A DNA stretch of 64,000 nucleotides from a virus, in IMG/VR virus record IMGVR_UViG_3300028535_000001; one strand, 5' to 3'. The position numbers and the translations under genes were made by a program. Under the pieces are notes generated by a model. It ran no database searches. It was not told the DNA's origin and saw only the letters and a list, made by a program, of their open reading frames with translations. Of the stretch, positions 10,388 through 19,879 are shown piece after piece (position 1 is the stretch's first letter; every line of letters starts with the position of its first letter).

Positions 10388-10660
10388 TTAGATAGGCATA
10401 CCAGTTTGTTTACCTATTTTAGGCTCTTCACCTAATATACTTCTATCTTGTTCTGTAGTATTATTTAGGTAAGTTTCATATTGCTCTTTTGTTAAACAAT
10501 AACATTGACCTACACTAGTAGGATATTTTTTATTATACTCTTGACTTATCACCACTGATTGTTGATAACAGTTATCATATGTTTCAAATGGTACTTCGTT
10601 GTGTATCGTCTGACAAGCAGTCCCTATACACATCATAATAACAAGAAAAAATTCTCCCAT
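10388..10660 (-). CDS. Small Cys-containing exported hypothetical protein
   Basis: GGAGG SD, hydrophobic N-terminus, 5 Cys. Confidence 0.6.
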   Translation of the reverse strand: MGEFFLVIMMCIGTACQTIHNEVPFETYDNCYQQSVVISQEYNKKYPTSVGQCYCLTKEQYETYLNNTTEQDRSILGEEPKIGKQTGMPI

Positions 10661-10688
10661 TTTTCGTTCCTCCTAGAACTATCGGAAC

Positions 10689-10997
10689 TTAATTCCGATT
10701 TTTTTTACTTAACTCACCTTCATATTGCGCTAATAGCTTTTTACAGATACCGTACCAATAGATACCCGAGTCTCTTAGCATTTCATTGGAAGATCGTAGA
10801 CGTTCCAACTTGCGTTCTAAAACATCAAGACGGACCTTTGTTAATTTCTTCGTGCCATTATGTAAATGTTCAAGAGTCATAATTATATTATCAATGTCTG
10901 TACACGTATAATTCGGTACCTTCGGTGCCTTCTTCTTAAATGCCAACAAAGCATACTTAATATCGTGATATGTTACTTTGTTATTTTTATGCTCCAC
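10689..10997 (-). CDS. Hypothetical protein
   Basis: AAGGAG SD; coiled-coil-like. Confidence 0.65.
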   Translation of the reverse strand: MEHKNNKVTYHDIKYALLAFKKKAPKVPNYTCTDIDNIIMTLEHLHNGTKKLTKVRLDVLERKLERLRSSNEMLRDSGIYWYGICKKLLAQYEGELSKKNRN

Positions 10998-11086
10998 TAT
11001 ATCTCCTTACAATTTATTTTTTTATTAATAAATCACGTCAGAAATATTAGATATAGAATGAAATAGTTGGTAAATACCAACACTTA

Positions 11087-11094
11087 TATTTATA
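11087..11094 (-). promoter_or_regulatory. T4-type late promoter TATAAATA heading the Fe-S island
   Basis: Exact motif in the intergenic region upstream of 10997. Confidence 0.6.
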
Positions 11095-11276
11095 AAAGAT
11101 TAGTGTAAAAAGTGAAAATTGTTTTTGCGATTAGTAATCAATGACCGATCAGTGTCCGGCCTATAGGGCTTTGGAGCCTTCCTTGAAACTCAACACCGTT
11201 ATATATGTTTTGTAAGATTTATAGGCCTAGTGTCTAATAGAATAATAATAACAAGTTAATACTCCTAAATACTTGT

Positions 11277-11837
11277 ATGAAATGGATGACCAACGATAAA
11301 CCAAAGAGTTGTCCTGATAGTAATAATCATTTTAAATACCAGAAAGAATCTGATCCTTTATACTACCAGGAACATAACGCCTTTAATGACGAAGAAATAA
11401 AACGTATAATAGAATGTGAGAAAACCGATCCTTGGTTACTTGAAAGATTATACCACTATATGAATAAAGCTAATGATAAAGGTTGGCATTACAGTATAGA
11501 TGGTGAACAAATACAATTACATAATTATAAACCAGGTAATCAATACATGTGGCATAGAGACGGAATATGTGGCCACAATAGTGTAATAAAGAACCTTGCT
11601 GATCCATTACATAATCTTACAAGAAAAATATCAATGACTATATTACTTAATGAACCATCTGAATTTACAGGTGGTAAGTTTCAAATAAAGAAACATGATA
11701 TAGAAGACTTTACAATAGATATGAAAAAGGGAACTGTTATTGTATTCCCTGCTTGGTTAGGCCATAGGGTAACACCTATAGAGACCGGCGAAAGACATAG
11801 TTTGCCTGTGTTCTTTTATGGAAGACCCTTTATTTAA
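11277..11837 (+). CDS. 2OG-Fe(II) oxygenase (PKHD/prolyl-hydroxylase-like)
   Basis: WHRD..RKISMT..GHRVTPIETGERHSL: HxD..H..RxS. Confidence 0.9.
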   Translation: MKWMTNDKPKSCPDSNNHFKYQKESDPLYYQEHNAFNDEEIKRIIECEKTDPWLLERLYHYMNKANDKGWHYSIDGEQIQLHNYKPGNQYMWHRDGICGHNSVIKNLADPLHNLTRKISMTILLNEPSEFTGGKFQIKKHDIEDFTIDMKKGTVIVFPAWLGHRVTPIETGERHSLPVFFYGRPFI

Positions 11838-12089
11838 GACTTCAACCAAATAATAAAGAAACCTACAATGCTTGCAATCCAGGTCATCCATATATCTTCA
11901 TAGATAAAGATAGTGTCTAAAGAAGTAATAATAATAGGGATAGAAATACTGTTATAATGGCCAATATCCCACAAATATAATATATCTTATTTGCCAGGCT
12001 TTTCATTGTTCCACATAATCAGTAAAGCTAATACTAATAAAAAAGGAAGACTTATCAATAATAAATTTATAGTTAAATCCATTAACATA

Positions 12090-12118
12090 ATCATATACTA
12101 TTTATGTGATAAAGTCAA
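12090..12118 (-). promoter_or_regulatory. Sigma70-type promoter
   Basis: TTGACT-17nt-TATGAT preceding tiny hydrophobic ORFs. Confidence 0.65.
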
Positions 12119-12301
12119 TGCTCCAATACGTGACGTTCCGTAGATCAACTTACAGTTGAGGCCTGCTTATCCGGCCACCGGCAATCCTGGAGGAAAAAAA
12201 TAAGATAAAGGATAATGCTAATGATTGTTATTGCAAATATAGATTAAACCTGGTGGACCCAGGATCAATAGCGCTGGCATATATGAAAAATTTTATTGAG
12301 T

Positions 12302-13573
12302 TTAAGGATTAAGGTCTATCGTAGCCCCTCTATGTGTTACTGCGCCTGTTGTGTTAGATGTCTTTGTGCCGGCCACATCTTCTTGTTTATTACCTTCTAC
12401 TAATATTGTGTAATTGCCTCCCACTTTAACATTGTAATCGCCACCTGCATTTACATTAATTCGGCCATCTTTGGTTACCATATTAATATCACCTTGATCT
12501 ACTTGTATGTTTATGTTGGCGTTCTTGCCTACATGTATATCGTAATTGTTTTCTTCTTCGCCATCTTTGTTAATGAATATTTTGTGGCGGCCATTAATAG
12601 TAATATCGGAGTTTCCTTTTATATTAGTATTGTGAGTGCCGGCGATTAACTGATAATTATCGTTGGCCACTTTGGTCACCAGGTCTCCGTTGTTGGTCAT
12701 TTCATAAGAAGTACCAGAAGTGTGGCGTTCATGTATTCGGTAATAATTTGTTCTTACCTCTTCGCCGTCAATAATTTCTATTGTATATGAATCATCAAAC
12801 TCTTTTATATGGCCTGACTCGGATTCAAACACGTGGTTATATGGGTAAACGGCATTGTAAGTGTGAGGTGTTATTTCTTCTCCTTCTTCGGATAAAACAC
12901 CAAGGCCATCGTATTGTATTTTAGGTTCTGACCAAGAAGTACTATCAGAGGCCAGTATTTCCGATCCATCGGCCGCCGTGAGTAAATCAAAATCGGCCGT
13001 TGCAATAGAAACCCAACCTTCGCCAGGTTTATTTTTATCTAAACGATTTAAAACCCTGGCCGTTAAACTGCCGTGTTCTAATTCTGTATTATGGACTGCG
13101 AGTCTATTTGTATCAGTCTCGTTAATGTTGCGAGGATATACCGACTTGTGGTAATTGTCATCATCTTCGTTATCGGCTCCGTAATCCTCAATGGCCTTAT
13201 CTTCAATATCTTCCTCTGATCTCCTAATTGGGTCATTAAATCCTACGTCAGGATTGCCATAATATTTCGGTTTACCTGGCAAACTCCCACAAACGACAGG
13301 CTCCTGGTGGCCACTGTCACGGAAATATCCCCATACCCAACTGCCTTCAACTAAAAAACTCGGTGAAGTCCCAAGGCCAGAAATACCTGGACTCTGCGTA
13401 GACAACATCACTGTCGCCCACGGTAAATCGGCCGTTGTTAATAAACTTTTATTTTCTGTATGAAAACCTAAACACCTTACTCTAAGCCGGCCTGTTTTAA
13501 TTGGGTCGTGCCTGTCCTCTACGACACCACAAAACCATGTAAACTCTGTATTCTTTCCTATAAATTTGGCCAT
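12302..13573 (-). CDS. 5: Baseplate central spike gp5-like (OB-fold plus beta-helix, no lysozyme)
   Basis: WFCGVVEDRHDP..GRLRVRCLG OB-fold; YPYNHVFESESGHIKEFDD; C-terminal VxGN repeats ending IDLN. Confidence 0.88.
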   Translation of the reverse strand: MAKFIGKNTEFTWFCGVVEDRHDPIKTGRLRVRCLGFHTENKSLLTTADLPWATVMLSTQSPGISGLGTSPSFLVEGSWVWGYFRDSGHQEPVVCGSLPGKPKYYGNPDVGFNDPIRRSEEDIEDKAIEDYGADNEDDDNYHKSVYPRNINETDTNRLAVHNTELEHGSLTARVLNRLDKNKPGEGWVSIATADFDLLTAADGSEILASDSTSWSEPKIQYDGLGVLSEEGEEITPHTYNAVYPYNHVFESESGHIKEFDDSYTIEIIDGEEVRTNYYRIHERHTSGTSYEMTNNGDLVTKVANDNYQLIAGTHNTNIKGNSDITINGRHKIFINKDGEEENNYDIHVGKNANINIQVDQGDINMVTKDGRINVNAGGDYNVKVGGNYTILVEGNKQEDVAGTKTSNTTGAVTHRGATIDLNP

Positions 13574-13630
13574 TGTCTTAAATATTTTCCGATATATGTT
13601 TGTTTTTAATCTCTACACTATACGTCATTT

Positions 13631-13897
13631 TTACCTATTAACTTTATCCTTACGCAAATGGCCTTTATTCTTTACGTGGTCTCTATAGGCCTGCGTATTC
13701 TTATTTATTAGTGTGTTATAACCTTTCCCAATGGAATAGGCATGCGCTAGCATGACTTTAGCTATTGGCCTACCTCTGATTGCCAGTGAGTTGTGTATTC
13801 TCTGTGACCATGAAAGTGTTTTAACAAAGGCCGCCTTGAGAATAAGGTCTATGTGTCTATAAGGGTTGTTCTCTTTATTATACATTGTCATATTCAT
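13631..13897 (-). CDS. Hypothetical basic protein
   Basis: AAGGA SD; no recognisable motif. Confidence 0.4.
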   Translation of the reverse strand: MNMTMYNKENNPYRHIDLILKAAFVKTLSWSQRIHNSLAIRGRPIAKVMLAHAYSIGKGYNTLINKNTQAYRDHVKNKGHLRKDKVNR

Positions 13898-14025
13898 TGT
13901 TCCTTAATCTTGTCTTTAATATGTTATGGTCAAATCCTCTCGTCATGGCCTCTTATATGGCCTCCGTTAGTATATCTATCGTCAAAGCGAGCGGAGCGGT
14001 CGGAAATTTCGGAGATTCTCTAAGC

Positions 14026-15516
14026 CTATGAGAGTACACTTGGTGGACCTCCTTTATTTGCTTCAGTTATTATTGCGTCATCTAAATCATATTGTAATAC
14101 GTTGATGGCCTCGGCGTTTTCCCTACCTGTAAAGGTATCTATTTCCTCCTCTGGATATGGAACCCTTACGGCGTCCTTCATACACGTAATCGCCATTGTG
14201 TGATTATCTTTAGTAGTATCTATTTTATGTCGTATGTTCTTAACCAGGTAGCGTCCAGACATATAGGGATCGTTATCTAAAGGGTTATCAGCACCTGCCG
14301 GTTCGTATGACGGAATCTCTAATGCAACTACATCACCAGCGGACAATCCTGTGAATCCTCTTGCTGTGAGTGCTACCTGCATTGAGGCGAAAGCCAACTT
14401 TTGTGATAATCTTTTGGCCATTGTAGTACCTTTTGGAACACCTTCAAAATCATCATGTATTTTGGTTGTTGTAGATTTCATAAATGTACGAGTCTCTGCA
14501 TAATCACTAAATTGGTTACCATGATAGTTTATCACTGGCGCCATTGATTTAGTATCTGTTTTACCACCACTGCCATCATGCTCTGTATGGTGTGATTTTT
14601 CAAAGTCCAAATTGTAATCATAATCATGTATTGTATATGTTTTATCCATTAAATCGTGTGCAATAGTTCTACTTGCAAATACACCATTCCTTAAATTCTG
14701 TATTGTGTCATATTGGTTCATTATTTGAAAATTATCCACTATCTGCATTTCTTGTATGATATTGGTTACACCAGTACCACCTTTAACTGACCTTGGTTTC
14801 TTTTCAAATCGTGCAACAGCAGGTCTAGCCGCTCCATCTGTAATCGCCAACATATTTTCTAAACTTCTAAATCTATATCCTGTACTGTCTTCATAGAAAA
14901 AATAACCAGCATTATTATATCTACCTGATTCAGCTGAGTTTCCTAAACTTTGAATAAATTCAAATGGCCTTAATCCTGTTGGCACATACTTACGAGCACC
15001 TTTCGTTTCTTCTAATATTAATGTCTTATTGGATTCTATATCACGTCTGAATATATCCAGTACCATTTGATCTATAGTACCTGTCATAGATCGGTAGATT
15101 TTCTTTGTCTCGTTTGTTAATATTTCTTTAGAGGCAAAATTTAAAACATACATTTGTGTTCTTGGAGCAAGTTCTCGTCTGGCTGATATTTTATATATGT
15201 ACATAGGGTGGCCGGTCACCGATGTGAAATCAAAACCTTTTGCAATACCAGGTGTATTCAGTTTAAATTCTATTCGTTCAAACCCGGTAAGAGGTAAGTG
15301 ATTGGGAACATTTTGGTTATCTACCACTACTACATTACCTGATAGGCCTTTAGTAAATATATCCTCGTATATATTGATTTCTAGTACTTGTGATCTGATA
15401 CTAATTTTTTTTGGATTACTACCACCTTCAGCAGATATATAAGATATTAATTGTATATCTGATAAGGAAAATTGGCCAGCTTTTGTTAATGTGTCAGCGT
15501 TTATTTGATCGTACAT
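14026..15516 (-). CDS. Putative baseplate hub/tail protein (gp27-like)
   Basis: Between gp53 and gp5; INIYEDIF, YFFYED and SGRYLVKNIRH motifs typical of phage hub proteins. Confidence 0.55.
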   Translation of the reverse strand: MYDQINADTLTKAGQFSLSDIQLISYISAEGGSNPKKISIRSQVLEINIYEDIFTKGLSGNVVVVDNQNVPNHLPLTGFERIEFKLNTPGIAKGFDFTSVTGHPMYIYKISARRELAPRTQMYVLNFASKEILTNETKKIYRSMTGTIDQMVLDIFRRDIESNKTLILEETKGARKYVPTGLRPFEFIQSLGNSAESGRYNNAGYFFYEDSTGYRFRSLENMLAITDGAARPAVARFEKKPRSVKGGTGVTNIIQEMQIVDNFQIMNQYDTIQNLRNGVFASRTIAHDLMDKTYTIHDYDYNLDFEKSHHTEHDGSGGKTDTKSMAPVINYHGNQFSDYAETRTFMKSTTTKIHDDFEGVPKGTTMAKRLSQKLAFASMQVALTARGFTGLSAGDVVALEIPSYEPAGADNPLDNDPYMSGRYLVKNIRHKIDTTKDNHTMAITCMKDAVRVPYPEEEIDTFTGRENAEAINVLQYDLDDAIITEANKGGPPSVLS

Positions 15517-15518
15517 AA

Positions 15519-16043
15519 TTATTCATTTATCAATTTGTCAAATTCTTCTAATAATACAGGCAAGAAACCTGGGTTTAGTAATTTGATTTTTCTTCTTTGA
15601 TCTTGTATTCTTTGTTCATATTCTCTATTAGAAACTGATTGAGCACCAGACTCATTACTGTTTACCTCTATCATATGTGAATAATCGTTTGATTTGGTTG
15701 GACCACTTGATTGTACCTTTTCATAATGATGTATTGCGTCTGGATTGGAATACTTTGTGTCAACAAAGGATTCAAATGCTCTGAAATCTAAAGGCCAATC
15801 ATAAAAACCATCGTGACCAGCATTTGTCATTAATATAACCCAATGATATTGAGGATCACCAAAATGTTTCATTGCTGTATCTTCAGGTCTTTCACCATTT
15901 GGTACATCATACTCTTGGTATAAACTTGCCTCGTTAATTATCTTATCTCTGATTTTAACTCGTTTGAATATATCGGTAACCTGTTTGTATGTAATATTAT
16001 CGTTAGAATATTTGCCTTTTGGAAACTTTTCAAAATATGCCAT
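15519..16043 (-). CDS. 53: Baseplate wedge gp53
   Basis: MAYFEKFP..GERPEDTAMKHFGDPQYHWVIL..DWPL..RRKIKLL. Confidence 0.9.
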   Translation of the reverse strand: MAYFEKFPKGKYSNDNITYKQVTDIFKRVKIRDKIINEASLYQEYDVPNGERPEDTAMKHFGDPQYHWVILMTNAGHDGFYDWPLDFRAFESFVDTKYSNPDAIHHYEKVQSSGPTKSNDYSHMIEVNSNESGAQSVSNREYEQRIQDQRRKIKLLNPGFLPVLLEEFDKLINE

Positions 16044-16044
16044 A

Positions 16045-17214
16045 TTAGAATCCCTCCGCTACAGTATGTTTAGTCATAATTTCTGTTTCACCAAACTCTA
16101 AATCCATTTTAATAATAGTTGGCGGTGCGCCTTTTTCATCTGGTATTAATGATGATACAACACCTTCGGGTGCATAATCAATATTACATGATTTTAAAAC
16201 ACAGCGGCTAACTCTTGGTATATATGAGTTTTCACTTTCTCTGTACATATATGTTATTTGAAATTCAGATGGTGTTATGAAATATCCTCCTTGAAGACCA
16301 TTTGATTGTTCAGGTAACATATGAAATCTTAACAATTGTAAAATTTTGTGTACTTGGTCTTTCTCTGACTCATCTTTTGGTGCAAATATAAATGGAAAAT
16401 TAAATGATCTAAATGGCACAGATTGGAATATCATTTCTAAATTTTGGTTCTTTGCTTGACCTAATGCTTTGTCTAATGTTTGTCTAGCATTTTCAAAACC
16501 TGGTATTATACCAATAGCCCCAAATCCAGCTGACTTCATTACTTCACCAATCAGTTGACCGCCTTTTTTACCAGCTGTTTTTATTTTATCTATCCAACCA
16601 GTTTGATTCATAACAGAACCAATAGCTTGGCCTAAATCACCTGCTAAACCTGTTTGTGTATCTTCATAACCCACACTGTAATTAAATTTCATTGACTCTG
16701 CTGGCGTATATAATATAATACTATCTGAAATATAATTATGCGTATCACCTGTTTTGGATACTAGACCAGAAGATGTTGATCTTAATCTGCTGGATTGGGA
16801 TATGCCATTTCTTTTTATGTTTGCTATTCTAGTTCTACTGCCTTTGGGTTTATGGCGAGCTTCAAAACCAGATAGTGTTTTACCACCATCTAATTGTCCA
16901 TTCTGAAAAGTCTGTTGTTTAAATTTGGATGATTTGTGAGATACAATATCAAATATAATATAATGGCCGGCACCTAAATTAGATGTTTCATTTGGATAGT
17001 ATACTGTACCATATTGATATGGATTATTTATAGACTCCATATGTGATAATGGACCTGTTGTTCCTATCTCTAACGGCGATTTGTTTAATAGTTTGGCTGC
17101 CACTTTGGTTGTTTGACCAGATGAGGCAAAGGATAATTTACTAGCAATTGCGCCAGAAACCATGTTACCTATTTTACCTTTAACTATGTTTTTGATCTTG
17201 TTTGTCCAAGCCAT
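16045..17214 (-). CDS. 48: Baseplate tail-tube cap gp48
   Basis: NQNLEMIFQSVPFRSFNFPFIFAPKDESE..PSEF..CVLKSCNIDYAP; start set at 17214 after AGGA SD and late promoter. Confidence 0.82.
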   Translation of the reverse strand: MAWTNKIKNIVKGKIGNMVSGAIASKLSFASSGQTTKVAAKLLNKSPLEIGTTGPLSHMESINNPYQYGTVYYPNETSNLGAGHYIIFDIVSHKSSKFKQQTFQNGQLDGGKTLSGFEARHKPKGSRTRIANIKRNGISQSSRLRSTSSGLVSKTGDTHNYISDSIILYTPAESMKFNYSVGYEDTQTGLAGDLGQAIGSVMNQTGWIDKIKTAGKKGGQLIGEVMKSAGFGAIGIIPGFENARQTLDKALGQAKNQNLEMIFQSVPFRSFNFPFIFAPKDESEKDQVHKILQLLRFHMLPEQSNGLQGGYFITPSEFQITYMYRESENSYIPRVSRCVLKSCNIDYAPEGVVSSLIPDEKGAPPTIIKMDLEFGETEIMTKHTVAEGF

Positions 17215-17240
17215 ATTTACTTCCTTTATATATACTGGTA

Positions 17241-17248
17241 TATTTATA
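17241..17248 (-). promoter_or_regulatory. Late promoter TATAAATA for gp48
   Basis: Exact motif in the gp48/gp4 divergent spacer. Confidence 0.75.
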
Positions 17249-17254
17249 ACGGAT

Positions 17255-17683
17255 ATGAAGAAATCTTTTAAAGGATTATATAAACCAGAGAACCCCAAAA
17301 AATATGTTGGTGATGTAAAGAATATAATATACCGTTCTCTTTTAGAGAGACGTATGATGGTGTATTTAGATAATAGTCACAATATAGAACATTGGGCTAG
17401 TGAAGAATTGCCTATTAGATATTATAGTCCCATTGATAATAAATGGCATAGATACTTTCCAGATTTTGTAGCAAAGACAACTAAAGGTAATAGGGTAGTA
17501 ATTGAAGTTAAACCATCACGCCAATGTGTTCCACCTAAAAAACCAACTAGCAGAAAAACTAAATCTTATATGAGAGAGTCTCTTGAATATATCAGAAATA
17601 AGGCTAAATGGCAAGCCGCTACCAAATATTGTAAAACTCAAGGTGCTGAATTTAAAATTATTACTGAAAAGGATTTAACCTAA
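17255..17683 (+). CDS. 4: Head completion nuclease gp4
   Basis: KGLYKPENPKKYVGD..IIYRSLLER..WASEE..HRYFPDF..IEVKP; likely start 17255. Confidence 0.92.
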   Translation: MKKSFKGLYKPENPKKYVGDVKNIIYRSLLERRMMVYLDNSHNIEHWASEELPIRYYSPIDNKWHRYFPDFVAKTTKGNRVVIEVKPSRQCVPPKKPTSRKTKSYMRESLEYIRNKAKWQAATKYCKTQGAEFKIITEKDLT

Positions 17684-19152
17684 TCTGTCCAACGACTATC
17701 CGAAGTATCTATTATAGTTCCATCTTTTGAATCATCTACAACACTAATATTTGCATTTGAAGCTTGACTGTTATCAGTAACTACGTTATTAAAAATGCTT
17801 GTATCAATACCTTTTTTTGCTAAATAATCGTTATTAGCTAAATTCAAAGCCTCAAATTCTGCTACAGCGTCTTTTTGCGCTTTCTTGTCTTCATAAAATT
17901 TTTTATTGCTGTTATATGCCAAAGGAACAGTAACTTCCAGTCCTTTATCAGCCTTATCCATTTCATCTTTGATTGTAGGTATTTTTCCAGCTGTTGCTGT
18001 AGACATTAAATCCATTTCTAAATCTGCTATCTTTGCCGTTAGTTTTGCTATCTTTTCAGGATCTTGGTCATCGGACCAGAAACCACTACCTGGAGCTGAT
18101 TTAGATTTTTCATCTGCTAATTTATTTTGTAGTTTTTTAAGTTCATCTGATTTTGCTGCTTCACCTTCCTCATCTACTAAACCTAATTTTCTACCTAACC
18201 ATGAATATTTGAACCAATCCATCAATTTTTTGAAGAATTGCCCAATTGCTTTTATCTTTGTTGCAACAAAAACAATAGCAGCAATTACCAATGCAAATTT
18301 AGCAATCAATATTAATCTAGCAAGTGAGAAAAAACCACCTATTGCTTTTAAACCTTTCCAAAGACCTTTAAATGCTTTTAAGAATATACCACCAGTTAAG
18401 AAATTAACTAGTTCTACTGAACCCTTACCTGTATCTTTCATCATATTAAAAGCTTCACCTATAGCATGAAAAGGTTCCATGAAAGCCATTTTTAATTGAT
18501 CTAAAAACATAGGCAATCCTTTAGATTTTTGTCCTGTGTTGGCAGTGACGTTAAGTGTATCGCCTGAAGTATCTTTATCTTTTTTTAATTTATCTAGTTC
18601 TTTTGTATTAGCAACTATTCTATCTTTTGTTGTTTTCTTTTCTTTATTGGATAAACTATCCCCAACCTGTAATTTTTTTCTATCTCTATCTAATTCTGTT
18701 TCTATTTTTGTAATATTCTTTTCTTTTAATTTAAATATCTTTTCTTCTTGTCTTATTTGTGATCTAGTTAATACTTCAACCTCTTTGGTCTCTTTATTAA
18801 CACGTGCAACAATATTTTGTTCTCTTAATTTTGTTACAGTCTCCTCTGACTCTCTGGCCTTTGTTTCTCTTTGTATCAATAAATCTGCCAACTCTGTACT
18901 GTATTCTCTTAAATCTAGACCTAACTTTTCAACCAATTTTTCTAATTTCACAATCACTCTTGTAAAACTATGAACAGGACCTTTCTTCAAATCAACTGTT
19001 AACTCATTTATCATTTTAGGTATATTGGGTAGAATAGTCTTAGCTGAGGCTGCAATTGAGCTGTTAACCTTTGCCTTTATTATCTGACCTAAACTGTCAA
19101 TCGCTTGTTGTGTTTGGTCTGTACCTTGGTTTTCTACTATTGGTAATGCCAT
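17680..19152 (-). CDS. Putative tape-measure-like protein (gp29 position)
   Basis: Long coiled coil, central hydrophobic segment, Asn/Ser-rich tail; downstream of gp26/gp51. Confidence 0.5.
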   Translation of the reverse strand: MALPIVENQGTDQTQQAIDSLGQIIKAKVNSSIAASAKTILPNIPKMINELTVDLKKGPVHSFTRVIVKLEKLVEKLGLDLREYSTELADLLIQRETKARESEETVTKLREQNIVARVNKETKEVEVLTRSQIRQEEKIFKLKEKNITKIETELDRDRKKLQVGDSLSNKEKKTTKDRIVANTKELDKLKKDKDTSGDTLNVTANTGQKSKGLPMFLDQLKMAFMEPFHAIGEAFNMMKDTGKGSVELVNFLTGGIFLKAFKGLWKGLKAIGGFFSLARLILIAKFALVIAAIVFVATKIKAIGQFFKKLMDWFKYSWLGRKLGLVDEEGEAAKSDELKKLQNKLADEKSKSAPGSGFWSDDQDPEKIAKLTAKIADLEMDLMSTATAGKIPTIKDEMDKADKGLEVTVPLAYNSNKKFYEDKKAQKDAVAEFEALNLANNDYLAKKGIDTSIFNNVVTDNSQASNANISVVDDSKDGTIIDTSDSRWTD

Positions 19153-19157
19153 ATTAG

Positions 19158-19517
19158 TTATTTATCTTTACCCTTATCTGATCCTGCATATAATCCGAAC
19201 CAGGCAGCGCCAGCACCAACAACAACAGAAATTAATCCTGATTGTTCCATACTAGGTTGTCCTAATTCCATATACCATATTACACATTTGTATAATAATA
19301 TAATATACGTTGTTATGAATATTCTAGGGAATATTCTCCAACTATCTATTGCTCTTGCTAAGTGAATCCATTTTCCATATGGGTTTACGCCTATGTCTCT
19401 GATTGAGGTATCCACATCAAGATCAACCCTAATTTTTTGTTTAGGTTCTTTTACTGCTACAGGTTCTAACTTTTTTTCTATTTTAATTTCTTTAATTTCT
19501 TTAATTTCTTCTGACAT
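19158..19517 (-). CDS. Two-TM membrane protein (holin-like)
   Basis: SWRIFPRIFIT..SGLISVVVGAGAAWFGLY. Confidence 0.5.
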   Translation of the reverse strand: MSEEIKEIKEIKIEKKLEPVAVKEPKQKIRVDLDVDTSIRDIGVNPYGKWIHLARAIDSWRIFPRIFITTYIILLYKCVIWYMELGQPSMEQSGLISVVVGAGAAWFGLYAGSDKGKDK

Positions 19518-19518
19518 A

Positions 19519-19725
19519 TTATTCCTCCCTTATAATATATTTAATTGGATAATCTGATTTAACAACTATCTTTTTTTCAGTTTCTACATTCCAAAAAGCA
19601 ATATGGTTTGGTTTAATCTCAACAAACTTTTTAACTTGTAAAGTTTCTGACTTGCCTTCAAACCAATAAGTTAATTGTGCAGGATGTCCTACAATCCAAT
19701 ACCATATGTTTTTTAGTATGCTCAT
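19519..19725 (-). CDS. Hypothetical protein
   Basis: ORF coupled to the gp51 stop, GGAG SD. Confidence 0.55.
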   Translation of the reverse strand: MSILKNIWYWIVGHPAQLTYWFEGKSETLQVKKFVEIKPNHIAFWNVETEKKIVVKSDYPIKYIIREE

Positions 19726-19850
19726 TATTTCTCCCTTTTTCTTTTTTCATTTTCTTCTTTAATATAATTAATTAACATCGTAACGTAAATATCACGTTCC
19801 CATGGTATCATATGTTCAATCTCGGTAATGCTATACTTATGATGTTGCAT
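19725..19850 (-). CDS. 51: Baseplate hub assembly protein gp51 (probably reached by -1 frameshift from gp26)
   Basis: MQHHKYSITEIEHMIPWERDIYVTMLINYIKEENEK; frame stays open upstream to the slippery site at 19907-19913. Confidence 0.8.
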   Translation of the reverse strand: MQHHKYSITEIEHMIPWERDIYVTMLINYIKEENEKRKREK

Positions 19851-19879
19851 TAACGAAAAGTTTACTTCAAAAAACGCCT

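Noticed and set aside
17906-18973. Long plus-strand ORFs (187 and 145 aa); likewise 54975-55469, 58837-59139 and many shorter ones
   Set aside because: They are antisense shadows of real minus-strand genes, Ser/Leu/Phe-rich, with no SD or motifs.
19482-19510. 9-bp tandem repeat (tttaatttc x3)
   Set aside because: It is a low-complexity EIK repeat in a coding N-terminus with no sign of independent function.
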